From assembly GCA_951406725.2 (NCBI GenBank), contig OX597831.1, forward strand, positions 50,716,001 to 50,780,000: 64,000 nucleotides of DNA, written 5' to 3'. Shown piece by piece: positions 13,785-25,118 of the stretch; the stretch's first letter is position 1, and every line of letters begins with the position of its first letter. A program made the translations under genes and the position numbers. The notes beneath the pieces are model-generated. The model was given only the letters and a program-made list of their open reading frames with translations. It was not told the DNA's origin and did not search any database. Origin of the DNA: Octopus vulgaris (Eukaryota).

Positions 13785-14093
13785 TTTCTCTTACTTGTTG
13801 CAGTCATTAGACTGCGCCCATGCTGGTGCACTCCCTTTAATTTTGAGTTGACTGAATCGATCCCAGTACTTATCTATTTTCTTCTAAGATTGGTACACAC
13901 ACACACACACACACAAACACACACAGACGGACGTATATAAATATATACGACGGGCTTCTTTTGGTTTCAGTCTACCAAATCCACCCTCAAGGCTTTGGCC
14001 GGCCCAAGACTATAGCAGAAGATACTTGCCCAAAATTCCACGCGGTGGGACTGAACTCAGAACCATGTGGTTGGGAAGCAAACTTGTTACCAC
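13785..14093 (-). mobile_element. SINE family A, diverged and internally deleted
   Basis: Tail motif and head (TACCAAATCCAC..ACTTGCCCAA..GGGACTGAAC). Confidence 0.8.
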
Positions 14094-14756
14094 AAAATCA
14101 TAATTACTCTCTATTTTTTCACCAGTAGATTAAAGAACTGTCCTTTACAGATAATTAGCATAAATTATTCATTTAATCTGAAAAAGGTAGCATAATGTTT
14201 ACGTGTGGCTGATGTATTGTTGGGTAATATGTATTCTCAGCTGCACGTTAATAATTATTGAATGTCTGTTGTTTTGAAAGACATTGAAATTATCGATCAG
14301 AAGTGCATACACAACTAGTCATTTTAATTGCGAGTCCACTAATCATTTCAAATTGCTCCCCAAATGTAAACCTGAAAATAAACATATAACTAGGATATGC
14401 TCTATGGCCTATTAACACCGGTTATTTCCTAATCTATCGACCGTTATTCTTGATCACTAACAAAACAGGAGTGAAATGTTCGTGTGTAATAACAACATAA
14501 AATTACTAATTAACACTCTAAAAATATTAAAATTTGATTTTAGAATTAATTTAACTTTAATTGGAAATTCTTTAAAAAATGGGAGTACGTGAATATTAGT
14601 TGTAATGATTAGAGTTTATTGATTATATTGAAGGGAGAAAAATCCTTAGAGCAATAAAAGTCTTAAGCTGCCAATTTCTCGATCCGATTTCGATTTCCAT
14701 TCCCCTCCCCCTCCTAACATTTATCTGCTTGAGGCTCAAACAAACTAGCACTTCTT

Positions 14757-15029
14757 CGGTTACTACGACGAGGGTTCCAACCTGCTCGTAAAATTAACGT
14801 GCAAGTGGTTGAGCAATCCGCAGATACGTGTATCCTTAGCGTAATTCTCAGGCAGATTGAGCGTGACACAAAATGTGACAAGGCCGGCCTTTTGAAATAC
14901 ATTTTTACCAGCTTAGTGGACTGGGGTAACATGAAATAAAGCGCTTTGCCCAAGGACACAATGCGCTGCCGGGAATCGAACTCACTACGATCGCGAGCCG
15001 AATACCCTAACCAAAAAGCCACGCGCCTT
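14757..15029 (-). mobile_element. tRNA-derived SINE family D, sharing its 3' region with family C
   Basis: Minus-strand head GGCGCGTGGC..TGGTTAGGG..GAGTTCGATTCCCGG, then CCTTGGGCAA; 3' part matches 36120-36290 and 62952-63140. Confidence 0.8.
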
Positions 15030-15250
15030 CACATTTGTCTATAGTAAATAAGATCCATGATATGTTCAAAACTCTTTCAATATAGGATTATATCTCATGA
15101 AAGATTTTCCCAGAGGATTTAGGCTTCTATATGTATTTGACGTGCTCACCATGAGTTTATCAGATTAAACTCTGTCCTCTTAAAGAGTGTTCATTGGATA
15201 ATGTAGTTCTAGACACCAAATGGTCAAGACTGGAAGACTTTCATTTCAGT

Positions 15251-15776
15251 TTTTTTTCTACTCTAGGCATAAGGCCCGAAATTTTAAGGAGTGGTGGCAG
15301 TCAATTAGATCGACTCCAGTACGTTACTGGTACTTAATTTTTCGACCCCGAATGGATGAAAGGCAGAGTTGACCTTGAAAGAATTTGAAGTCAGAACGTA
15401 AAGACAGACGAAATACCTATTTCTTTACTACCCACAAGGGGCTAAACACAAAGAGGACAAACAAGGACAGACAAACGGATTAAGTCGATTATATCTACCC
15501 CAATGCGTAACTGGTACTTATTTAATCGACTCCGAAAGGATGAAAGGCAGAGTCGACCTCGGCGGAATTTGAACTCAGAACGTAGCGGCAGACAAAATAC
15601 CTATTTCTTTACTTACCCACAAGAGGCTAAACACAGAGGGGACAAACAAGGTCGACTTTGCCTTTCGTCCTTTCGGGGTCGATAAATAAAGTACCAGTTG
15701 CGTAGTGGGGACGATCTAATCGATTGGCCCCCCTCCTCAAAAATTTCGAGCCTTGTGCCTAGAGTAGAAAAGAATA
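15251..15776. mobile_element. Composite multimeric SINE-B cluster
   Basis: Minus-strand units of about 184 bp joined at GAAATACCTATTTCTTTAC, then a plus-strand fragment. Confidence 0.85.
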
Positions 15777-17318
15777 TTAACCGCAATTGTAAGTGACCCC
15801 ATGTTTGAGTATCCATTCAGAAAGAGAGAGAGAGAGAAGAACATGAGAGAGCGAGAGAGAGAGACAGACATAGGAGAGAGAGAGGGATAGATACATACGT
15901 AAAAACACACGCACATGCACACAAGCAGATAGACAGACATACACGCGCGTATGTATGTACGTATGTATGCATGCATGCCATTCATATATAGGCATAGTTA
16001 TACATACACCATTTACATATATATATAACTATCTTGTATATCAGCTTCATCATAATCTTTTCAGTGACATGATGTTTATACTTATGTTCAATTAATGCGT
16101 ATTTTATACACATCTTATATCTTAAAACAAGCTTTCCAACCTGTATTTCCTTCCTAGTTTTCACAAACTAATTCTCGATTCTGTTTACCCAACTCTAAAC
16201 AACAAACACAATGTAATTATAACTGTGAGTAGCTGTTTATTACATAAAGAACGTAGCGTTTATTCACACCGTAACACGTTCTCACGTCCTCTCCATTACT
16301 TTCTTCGTCGTTTCCTTTCGTTCGTATCTATTTTCTTTCCAACATTCTTCATTCACCAAAATAAAAGAAAGCTTAGCGACCATTACCAACGTCCGGAATG
16401 CATTGTGGTCTGTGGACTAGGATTTATTTTCCAATAATCTACATTTTAGCTATATATATATTTTTTTTTTGAGACGTAGTTTATCTTAATAGAGATATAG
16501 GTGAGTTTTATTGAGAGATATGTAAGCTTTATTGAGAGATGTGTGAGCTTAAGCTTAAAAATATATCAAAACTGATGTTTTGACTACCTCTTTAAGAAGA
16601 AGAAAAACAACAGATGACTTTTGTGATTGGATTGCTTCATATCATAAGCGACATTATATAATAGAAAAAAAAATAACATTATTAATAATGCTGAACGAAA
16701 GAAAAATAATCGAACATTTAAATATATTAGCTTGACATTTTACTGCACAGTATGAACAAATTGTAAAGCAAGCAAAATATAAAAAGAAAACGCCGTTCTG
16801 ACATTATCAAGGAAAATTCAAGACGATTTGGCGATGTACCGGGAACAGTGAAATTGGAAGCGTGTATTGGTTATTTGAATCTGATTACTATTACTATATT
16901 TTAGAAAGATTGCATATCTTACATAATTGGATCTTCGATTCACACTGAATGGAAGAAAATTTATGAGAGACTGGGTGAGAGAGGGGTATAGATAGTGACT
17001 GAGAACAGAAAGAATTTGAAAGCATTTATGATGAATAAAATATTACAGAAAATATTGCAATGAGCGAACATCACACAGTCAAATCTCAGAGCAATTTTTG
17101 TTGTGTAGATAAAAACATTTCCTTTGACTTTTGTGAGCAATTCCACTGAAAAATACATGAATATCAAAGCTTAATGGGTTTTTTAGTATTTTTCTTCTTT
17201 CGTTAAAATAGTGTCTATACACCTTGTCTAACTAATCTGTTAATGCAACTGTTCAAGAGAAACATTGAGTCAATTTCACCTGACAAAACAATAATAAATA
17301 AATAAAATAATAAATAAA

Positions 17319-17812
17319 CGGTAGGCGTGGCTTTGGTGTTTAAAAAGTTCGTTTCTTAATCAGGTGGTATTATGTGTTCGGTTCCACCGTTTGACATCTT
17401 TGGAAAATGTCTTCCCTTATAGACTTGGACCGATCAATGTTTTGTGAGTGACATTGATAGAATGAAACTGTACAGATACCCGTCGTGTGTGTGTGTGTGT
17501 TATATAAAAACAGTGTCAGTGTTTATGTCCAAGAATGTAGCGGTGACAAATAATGATCATCAAAATAAGAAACAGACTTTAAAGCATAAGAACTAGGATC
17601 GATATAATCGACTAATCACCCTTCAAGTCGTCCCGTGCAAGGCGGCGATGTGACAGAATTGTTAGCACATCGGGCAGAATGCCTAACGGCATTTTGTCCG
17701 TCTTTACGTCGTTTCGCGGTCGATAACATAAGCACCAGCTGAGTACTGGAGTTGTTGTAATCGACTTAAACTTTTCCCTGCCAATGCTGGCCTTGAGCCA
17801 AAATTTGAAACC
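17319..17812 (+). mobile_element. Old SINE A (17319-17630) followed by old SINE B (17640-17812)
   Basis: Degenerate head, core and tail motifs of both families. Confidence 0.6.
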
Positions 17813-18346
17813 AATATCAGAAAATTAGAATTTAGTTGTTTCCAGAGCAAGACGTCAGGAAGTATCAAGTCGGGGCATATTATGTTCTGAGGTTAAATGC
17901 CACAGAATTTAACTTTTCACCTTTTAAATCTTCGGGAGTCGATAAAATAAAATAATACGCAACGAATGATATCGGTTATAAGGAATACCATCGCTCACTT
18001 TGTCGAAGCTAAATGTCCAAAATACATCATTAGTAGTAAGTACCTTCTATGCAGAAATATGTATTATCAATACCACGAGATAGTGTTTGTTTGATATTGA
18101 TATTTTCTCTTTCCTCTTTTACTTGGTTCGGTCATTTGACTGCGGCCATGCTGGAGCACCGCCTTTAGTCGAGCAAATCGACCCCAGGACTTATTCTTTG
18201 TAAGCTTAGTACTTATTCTATAGGTCTCTTTTGCCGAACCGCTAAGTTACGGGGACGTAAACAACACACCGGCATCGGTTGTCAAGCGATGTTGGGAGGA
18301 CAAACAGACATACATACATACATACATACATACATACATACATACA

Positions 18347-18393
<47 letters not shown>

Positions 18394-18615
18394 TCAATAT
18401 AGGGTGGCAAAAAATTTCGCAGAATTTTTTTGCCACCAGCGACCTAGTGGGAAAAAAGTAAATAGTCATAGACCATTTATAAATTCAACAGCAAAATTAA
18501 GGAACGGCCATAATAGGCCATTCAACCCACTAGAAATAACAGCCAAGGCTTCAACCGCAAAACAATATTAATTCCGTAAACCAGGAGAAAATTTAAAAAA
18601 CATTTACCCTGTAAT

Positions 18616-18718
18616 ACTTTATACGATGCATCGTTTCGTCTATTCTTTAATGGTAAATCAACCTGATTAAATTAAATCAAGCTAATCTTCCATAGGCCAG
18701 TAGATTCATCAGTAAAGT
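18616..18718 (-). ncRNA. Type I hammerhead ribozyme motif (copy 1)
   Basis: Reverse complement of 18981-19083. Confidence 0.75.
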
Positions 18719-18980
18719 CAGCCAGATCGGGGCAGATATTTTCACGAGGCAGTTCCACTACTGTCTCGGCAATATCTGACCTAAAATTTTCAAATCATCG
18801 CACTCGCGCCAAATTTATCGGCAGCAAATATAAGCTGCCGATTCCATTACGGAATTAAACAGAAAATTCGTAATTAATCAATATAGGGTGGCAAAAAATT
18901 TCGCAGAATTTTTTTGCCACCAGATATTGCCGAGACAGTAGTGGAACTGCCTCGTGAAAATATCTGCCCCGATCTGGCTG

Positions 18981-19083
18981 ACTTTACTGATGAATCTACT
19001 GGCCTATGGAAGATTAGCTTGATTTAAATTAATCAGGTTGATTTACCATTAAAGAATAGACGAAACGATGCATCGTATAAAGT
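18981..19083 (+). ncRNA. Type I hammerhead ribozyme motif (copy 2)
   Basis: ACTTTA-CTGATGA-ATCTA...TAGAC-GAAA-CGATGCATCG-TA-TAAAGT: 6-bp stem I, palindromic stem III, GUA site; first pair of stem II is A.C. Confidence 0.75.
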
Positions 19084-19207
19084 ATTACAGGGTAAATGTT
19101 TTTTAAATTTTCTCCTGGTTTACGGAATTAATATTGTTTTGCGGTTGAAGCCTTGGCTGTTATTTCTAGTGGGTTGAATGGCCTATTATGGCCGTTCCTT
19201 AATTTTG

Positions 19208-19280
<73 letters not shown>

Positions 19281-19302
19281 TACGAATCTTTTTTCGGCAG
19301 TA

Positions 19303-19361
<59 letters not shown>

Positions 19362-19966
19362 TGTATGTATATATACGACGGGTTTCTTTCAGTTTCCGTC
19401 TACCAAATCCACTCTCAAAGCTTTGGTCGACCCGAGGCAATAGAAGATACTTAGCCAAGGTGCCACGCAGTGGGAATGAACCCCGAACCATGTGGTTGGT
19501 AAGCAAACTACTTACCACACAGCCACTCCTGCGCCTATGTTTATGCATATTTTAACACTATACGTTAATACGAAAACTTTCTCTAGACGAATGTCGCAGA
19601 TTTACAGGCGTTAAACACTATATCGCTTTAAGTATAATGTATATATAGATTCCTACATATGTGTGTGTGTGCGCGCATGCGTTTGTGCGTATGTGTGTGT
19701 TTGTGTGTGTATGCATGAAATTTAATTTTGCTCGCTGCAAATACATACATAACGAAGAAAATATATTTCCCACACAGAACCGCTCGAATTTGTCACCATC
19801 CAGACGACCCTGCTGCGTGATTTTGTATCCAAAATGTCATAATTCAATGTTCATATGCACTCGACAATCCTAACAGCTTACATTAACAATTACTACAAAC
19901 ACAACACTCTCACGCCTCACTCATACACATGCACACATACATACTCATACACATAAATATATAGAT

Positions 19967-19998
<32 letters not shown>

Positions 19999-20969
19999 TG
20001 AGAGAGACAGATATTCAGACAGACAAAGTTAGACAAAGATAGATGTGTGAATACGTGTTCGGTTATTTTTATATAGAAACTTAATTCCATTATTAAGTTG
20101 GAAAAAAGTTGGGTCGCATTATTTTCACAATAACTTTGAGGGTATTTTTTCAATTCTTATTGTAAAATAAGCATTTGTTTCTATACACTTTTCTTTCTGT
20201 CTTTCTTCATTACTTTATACTATAGTAATTAAATTTGCATTGATTTAACCATTCAAAATGAGTTTAGATTAGACCTGTTTCAAACACTGCTTGGTGTTTG
20301 AATTCAGAAAGGGCTCTCCAGCAGTCGGCGTAGTAAGAAATACTCTGTCTGTGTATTAAATGAAGTTTTGAATGTCCAGATATGACAATGTTTGTTGGGC
20401 CCAAGATATTTTTCTCTGGCAGATTCCCTTTGATTGGACCGATTCAAATCTGTCAATATCGAGATTCTGAAAATCGTAGCTGAGGGAAAACCGATTAGAA
20501 TCATATTTTGATCATAAACCATCTTCATGAAGAAGGAAGAAGGTCTACACTTGGTCAGTTGGTCGTTTCTCATCAGACCGCTTATCAGCTTAATGAAAGC
20601 GTTGTCATCTGCTCACCAAGGAAGAGTAAACTTGCTACCTAACCTTCCTGGAGTAATCATAACTAGTGATAAAAAGTAGGTTCTCTATAAACATATCCAA
20701 CGAAAAATGACAATGGTAAGCACTCAGTGAAAGAAGAGAATACATTCCAGAACATGAACTACGCCCAAAAGCAAATATGTTTTGTGTTTAGTGAGAAATG
20801 AAACATGTCGTCTGTCATGAAGAGTTAAACTGAAACGCAAAGAAGTATTGCAGGACAGTTTTCAAAAAAGGCATCCATCATTGGACGATCGTAGAGATCT
20901 GGTCTACAACGCTTTTGGTGTTTAGGAAACAGACATCATTCCTATACAAAATCGCTCTCCTGAATCCAT

Positions 20970-23111
20970 ATACAACCTTCTTTTTGACTTTGACCTATCA
21001 GGTCCAGTTTTTAAGTTATTGAAATCCCTATAGTCACTATGTATGTATGTACGTCCAGTACACAGTGTTCGTTACCTTATTCTAATTCTAAGCTTTTTTT
21101 CTCTTTTCCTATACTTTTTAGATGTTGTGGTGGACTGAGCAATAGAAAATAAGGAAGATGTCCTCTTCCAGGAAGTGTTGCGTTAATTCTCCAAATGTGT
21201 TTTGTTATGTTTGTGAAGAATACACATTACCTGAAAATCAAAAAGACATCACTGACTTTGTTGAAAGAGCGTATATGGCATATTTCGGGGTCAAACTAGG
21301 AGACAAAGATAAATACTGGGCACCGCATAGTGTCTACAAACAATGTACAGAACATCCACGACAATGAGTTAAAGGGAGAATGAAAAACATGAGGTTTGCT
21401 ATACCAGTGCTATGGAGGGAGTCCTATAATCACCTGGACGACTATTATTTTTGTAAACTAAAGTTGAAGGGTATTAACCGGCAAAATCGACAGACGCTTG
21501 TCTATCCTAATCTTGCTTCTGCTTCCTGTTCCTGTCTTCTTTGTCTTGCCTCATATGACTTTACCCTCAACCAAAGAAGTTTCATCACCTGAAGATGACA
21601 CTAGAGCTCAAGACTTTTCAGTTGAGGCTTTACCACCGCTATTCTCTCACGTAGAGCTGAATGATTTAGTTCGCAACTTGAACCTCACAAAATATTCTGC
21701 AGAACTATTGGCTTCCCGACAGAAAAAGAAGAATCTTCTAGGGAATGGTATCTGTATAACTTTTTATTGCAGTCCACATGAAGCTTTCCTTTCTTTCCTC
21801 ACAAAAAAAGGAAGAGCTGGTTTACTGCAGGGATGTCAGTGGGCTTCTAAATAAACTTGCCATTGAGGAATACAAACCAGAGGAATGGCGCCTTTTCATA
21901 GACAGCTCTAAACGTAGTTTAAAATGTGTATCGTTACACAACGGAAATGTATGTGGTTCTGTCCCACTTGGCAACTCAAAATCTCTGAGGCAAAAATATG
22001 TAGAAATTAAGTTGGTTTTACAGACGATACTGTATCATGATCAGAAATGGGTTATCTGCGTTGACTTAAAGATGGTGAATTTTGTCATGGACAGCAATCT
22101 GGTTATACCAAATACCCATGCTTTCTTTGCATGTGGGACAGTAGAGACCGAGTAACACACTATGTTAAGAAAGACTGGCCACCAAAATAAACATGGTTCC
22201 ATGTAGAGCTGCCAATATATTGGAAGAACCCTTAGTTAAGCGAGATAAGATCACCCCACCCCTTTGCACATCAAACTCGGATTCATCAAGCAATTCGTCA
22301 AAACTCTTGATAAAAATGGTGAGTGGTTCATGTATATATGCAGTATATTTCCAGACTTGAAGATTGAAAAACTTAAAGCAGGGATTATTTTTGATGGACC
22401 ACAGATCCATAAGCTCTTGAAGGACACAAATTTTGTGAAAACGATGAGCGAAAATGAAGCATCAGCTTGGCTAGCCTTTGCAGAAGTAGTGCAAAATTTC
22501 CTTGGAGAACACAAAAGTGAAAACTATAAGGACCTTGTTACCATCTTGATATCAACTTTTCGTGATAATGGCGCGAATATCAATTTCAAAATGCATTATC
22601 TTTTTAGACATCTTGATTGGTTTCCTGAAAATCTCGTAGATGTTAGTGATGAACAAGGCAAACGATTCCATCAGGACATCAAGGAGATGGAAACTTGGCA
22701 CCAAGGATGTTGGGAAGCTGTGATGATGGCAGACTATGGCTGGTGTTTACAACGAGATACACCTGTTGCTCAACATTCACGGTGCACAAAGATACAGAAA
22801 TTCATTCCTTGAATCTTCTGCACTTGTTGAAAATGCACATTAGCAAAGATGTTTGCATCTTTGCCAATGTGCATGTTCAACTTTGAATTTTTATATGTAC
22901 TTTGTTTTATTTTGTGTTACGCTCTCTTTATTGATTCATATTATGTGCCTCTTGTATGAATAAAATACTTACTCTATCAGATCTAGTTTTCTGACTAGTT
23001 TCTGATAGAGAAAAACTGAAGTTATTTTTTTTAATTTAGCAGGCAAACCATTTAAGAATTCGTTGAAGTATTCCAGGCACCAGACAAAAACAATTTTTTT
23101 GTTGCCCAGTG
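20970..23111 (+). mobile_element. DNA transposon, probably Chapaev3 (CMC superfamily); left end uncertain
   Basis: Right terminus GTTGCCCAGTG followed by TTA; contains the transposase pseudogene. Confidence 0.7.
21158..22812 (+). pseudogene. Chapaev3-like transposase pseudogene (in-frame stop and several frameshifts)
   Basis: Consecutive ORFs: C..SPNVFCYVC, AYFGVKLGDKDKYWAPH, DDYYFC, WRLFIDSSKRSLK, ICVDLKMVNF, HIKLGFIKQFVK, KMHYLFRHLD.FPENL, VSDEQGKRFHQDIK, MMADY. Confidence 0.85.
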
Positions 23112-23431
23112 TTATTAATTGTGAAGACGTTAAAAATTATATTAAGTGTTTCTTTGTTCGAAATCGGAAGAATTTTAAGCCTAAGGGACCACAATTTGTC
23201 ATACAAATAGGATTATGATATATACAAAGAGGGGAGAATACTATCTTCATTAAATACTTCAAGACAAATGAACCATTTGTTACTTTCTCATCTTGAAATG
23301 CAAATGGACTTCCTTTCCAACCTAATATAGAAGAGAAAGCAAATAACTTCGGAGAGTTATACATAAAACTAATATACATATATGCATGTATGTGGGGTGT
23401 GCTATAGGATGTGTCAGTGTGTATGCTGGTG

Positions 23432-23483
<52 letters not shown>

Positions 23484-23487
<4 letters not shown>

Positions 23488-24065
23488 GAAAGAATGGAGT
23501 TGAACGAAAATGTTAACAAAATTCCTTTACTCTCGACATATGTTTCGAAGACAACATGGTTTCATTCCAAAGGAATAAAGGGTGCATTATGCAATCTTCT
23601 CATCAGGGAAGAAAGGGAGCCTTTCTCGACAACAAGACAAACAAAAAACGATAATGAGTGTTTTTAAAAAAACCGTTAGAAGAACTGACGTCAAAGATAG
23701 ATAGTAGGAAGAGAATGGTTAAAGGAATAATAGGTAGGGAACAAGTGGAGAGGGAAGGGTACGTTGATTGAAAGAATGTTCGAAGGCTTAGGAAAGAATT
23801 TCGCTATTGAAGTGGAGTGCACGTTAAGCTAATTGTTCAAACCACAGTGACTATCGGTATCATTAATATGAGTAAAAAGTATGTTTCTGCCAGTGTTTAC
23901 ATTTGTATGATTTTTCTATGAGTGTGTTTACAAGGGGAACCTTAGAGAAGAGAATATGGAAGAGTTCAGAGTTGCAAATGTTACAAAATCTCCTGCCCTT
24001 ATCAAAAAGAAAGGATGAGGATCACTATTACCTTGGAATTTGGATAACCAGTAATTGCCTTTCAA
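23484..24065 (-). mobile_element. 5'-truncated Penelope-like element (endonuclease C-terminus plus 3' repeat with hammerhead)
   Basis: Minus frame DKGRRFCNICNSELFHILF..LVNTLIEKSYKCKH (CxxC..E..CxH tail of PLE GIY-YIG proteins); ends at (TA)n. Confidence 0.8.
23524..23616 (-). ncRNA. Minimal type I hammerhead ribozyme motif
   Basis: CTGATGA-GAAGA...TCTTC-GAAAC-ATAT-GTC; intact core, imperfect stem I. Confidence 0.75.
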
Positions 24066-24079
24066 TTATAGACGTAGTG

Positions 24080-24238
24080 TGGAAGCGCAATGGCCCAGTG
24101 GTTAGGGCAGCGGACTCATGGTCATAGGATCGCGGTTTCGATTCCCAGACTGGGCGTTGTGAGTGTTTATTGAACAAAAACACCTAAATCTGTACTAGGG
24201 GTGGCGGCGAATCCTGCTGTATTCTTTCACCACAACTA
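24080..24238 (+). mobile_element. tRNA-derived SINE family C, 5' part
   Basis: A-box TGGCCCAGTGG, B-box GTTTCGATTCCC; AAAACACCTAAA..CCTGCTGTA.TCTTTCACCACAAC shared with 36016-36087. Confidence 0.8.
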
Positions 24239-25071
24239 TAGGCTGCGCACTCGGTTTGCATATTGAAATCCTTACGTGCAAAGAGAACTTCTTAACCACC
24301 AGGTCATTTTGCACCCTATACCTAACATATATTTGTATACGCACAAACATATACAAAGATGCATACACAAACACTCATACACTCACTTTCGCATAGGCAC
24401 GATACAGAATATTTGTGGGGGAAATTATGCAGCCTTCCCTGAAAATATTTAAGTTTTCCAGATATTAAATCATAAAGATGAAACACTGCATAGAAACAGT
24501 CGAACATTTATAGCATAAAATATATGATTTTATGAGGGAGTCTTAAATTTAATTAATGAGAACACTACATAATCCTTTGTTATTCAACCACATTCATTCT
24601 GCCCATATTTAATTATAGAATGCTAAATTATGGCAATCAAGTTACGCGCAAGGTATTTTCATTTGCATGAGAAATATAATGAAAATTCAGAATAAAAGAT
24701 GATTTATGGAAATCGATAACTATTTTCACCGATCTAAAGAAACAATTCTAATTTAGTTCTCTTCACACAGACGTTTGGGGCGCAACAGAGCTAGGAGGAA
24801 ACCGTAGTATCTTGGGCTTGGGCTGAATATATATTTATTAATATTTAGCAGGCATAACAGAATAGCACAAGGGCGGAAAGTTTCGTGCGTCGACACTCAT
24901 CAAGCTAGTGCCATGTATATATGAATTAGAAGCAACTATTGCTGTTTCTAATTCATTTTTGAATTTTTTTCCGTGACATGAAACGTTGGGACTTGCCAGA
25001 AGATGGTGCCTAAACCATTTAGCATATTGTCATACTCGGCGATATGGCTTGCAGCGGGCTTTGTTTAGTAT

Positions 25072-25118
25072 GCGGCGTTGATGAGTCAAAAGAACGACGA
25101 AACATCGATATCCATCGC
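25072..25118 (+). ncRNA. Degenerate minimal hammerhead relic
   Basis: GCGGCG-TTGATGA-GTC(AAAAGAAC)GAC-GAAAC-ATCGAT-ATC-CATCGC. Confidence 0.5.

Larger units (their letters stand above)
18387..19209 (-). mobile_element. Non-coding hammerhead-bearing element: 484-bp terminally redundant unit plus 289-bp inverted arm
   Basis: 53-bp direct repeats at 18387-18439 and 18871-18923; inverted arms at 18490-18778 and 18921-19209; (TA)n on both sides. Confidence 0.85.
18104..19535 (-). mobile_element. SINE family A split at its internal microsatellite (3' half 18104-18386, 5' half about 19368-19535)
   Basis: The two halves are collinear with the family consensus and flank the 18387-19209 insertion. 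Confidence 0.92.
20093..23325 (+). mobile_element. Degenerate mariner element interrupted by a Chapaev3-like element
   Basis: TA-TTAAGTTGGAAA ... TTTCCAACCTAA-TA termini; decayed motifs GQLVVSHQ (WVPH), IITSDKK*VLYKHIQRK (TGDEKW), ELRPKANMFCV (LHPKK); C-terminal NCEDVKNY resumes after 23111. Confidence 0.8.

Noticed and set aside
24080-24155. tRNA-like sequence (also the SINE-A, B and D heads)
   Set aside because: It runs straight into SINE body sequence and lacks a clean cloverleaf, so it is a SINE head rather than a tRNA gene.
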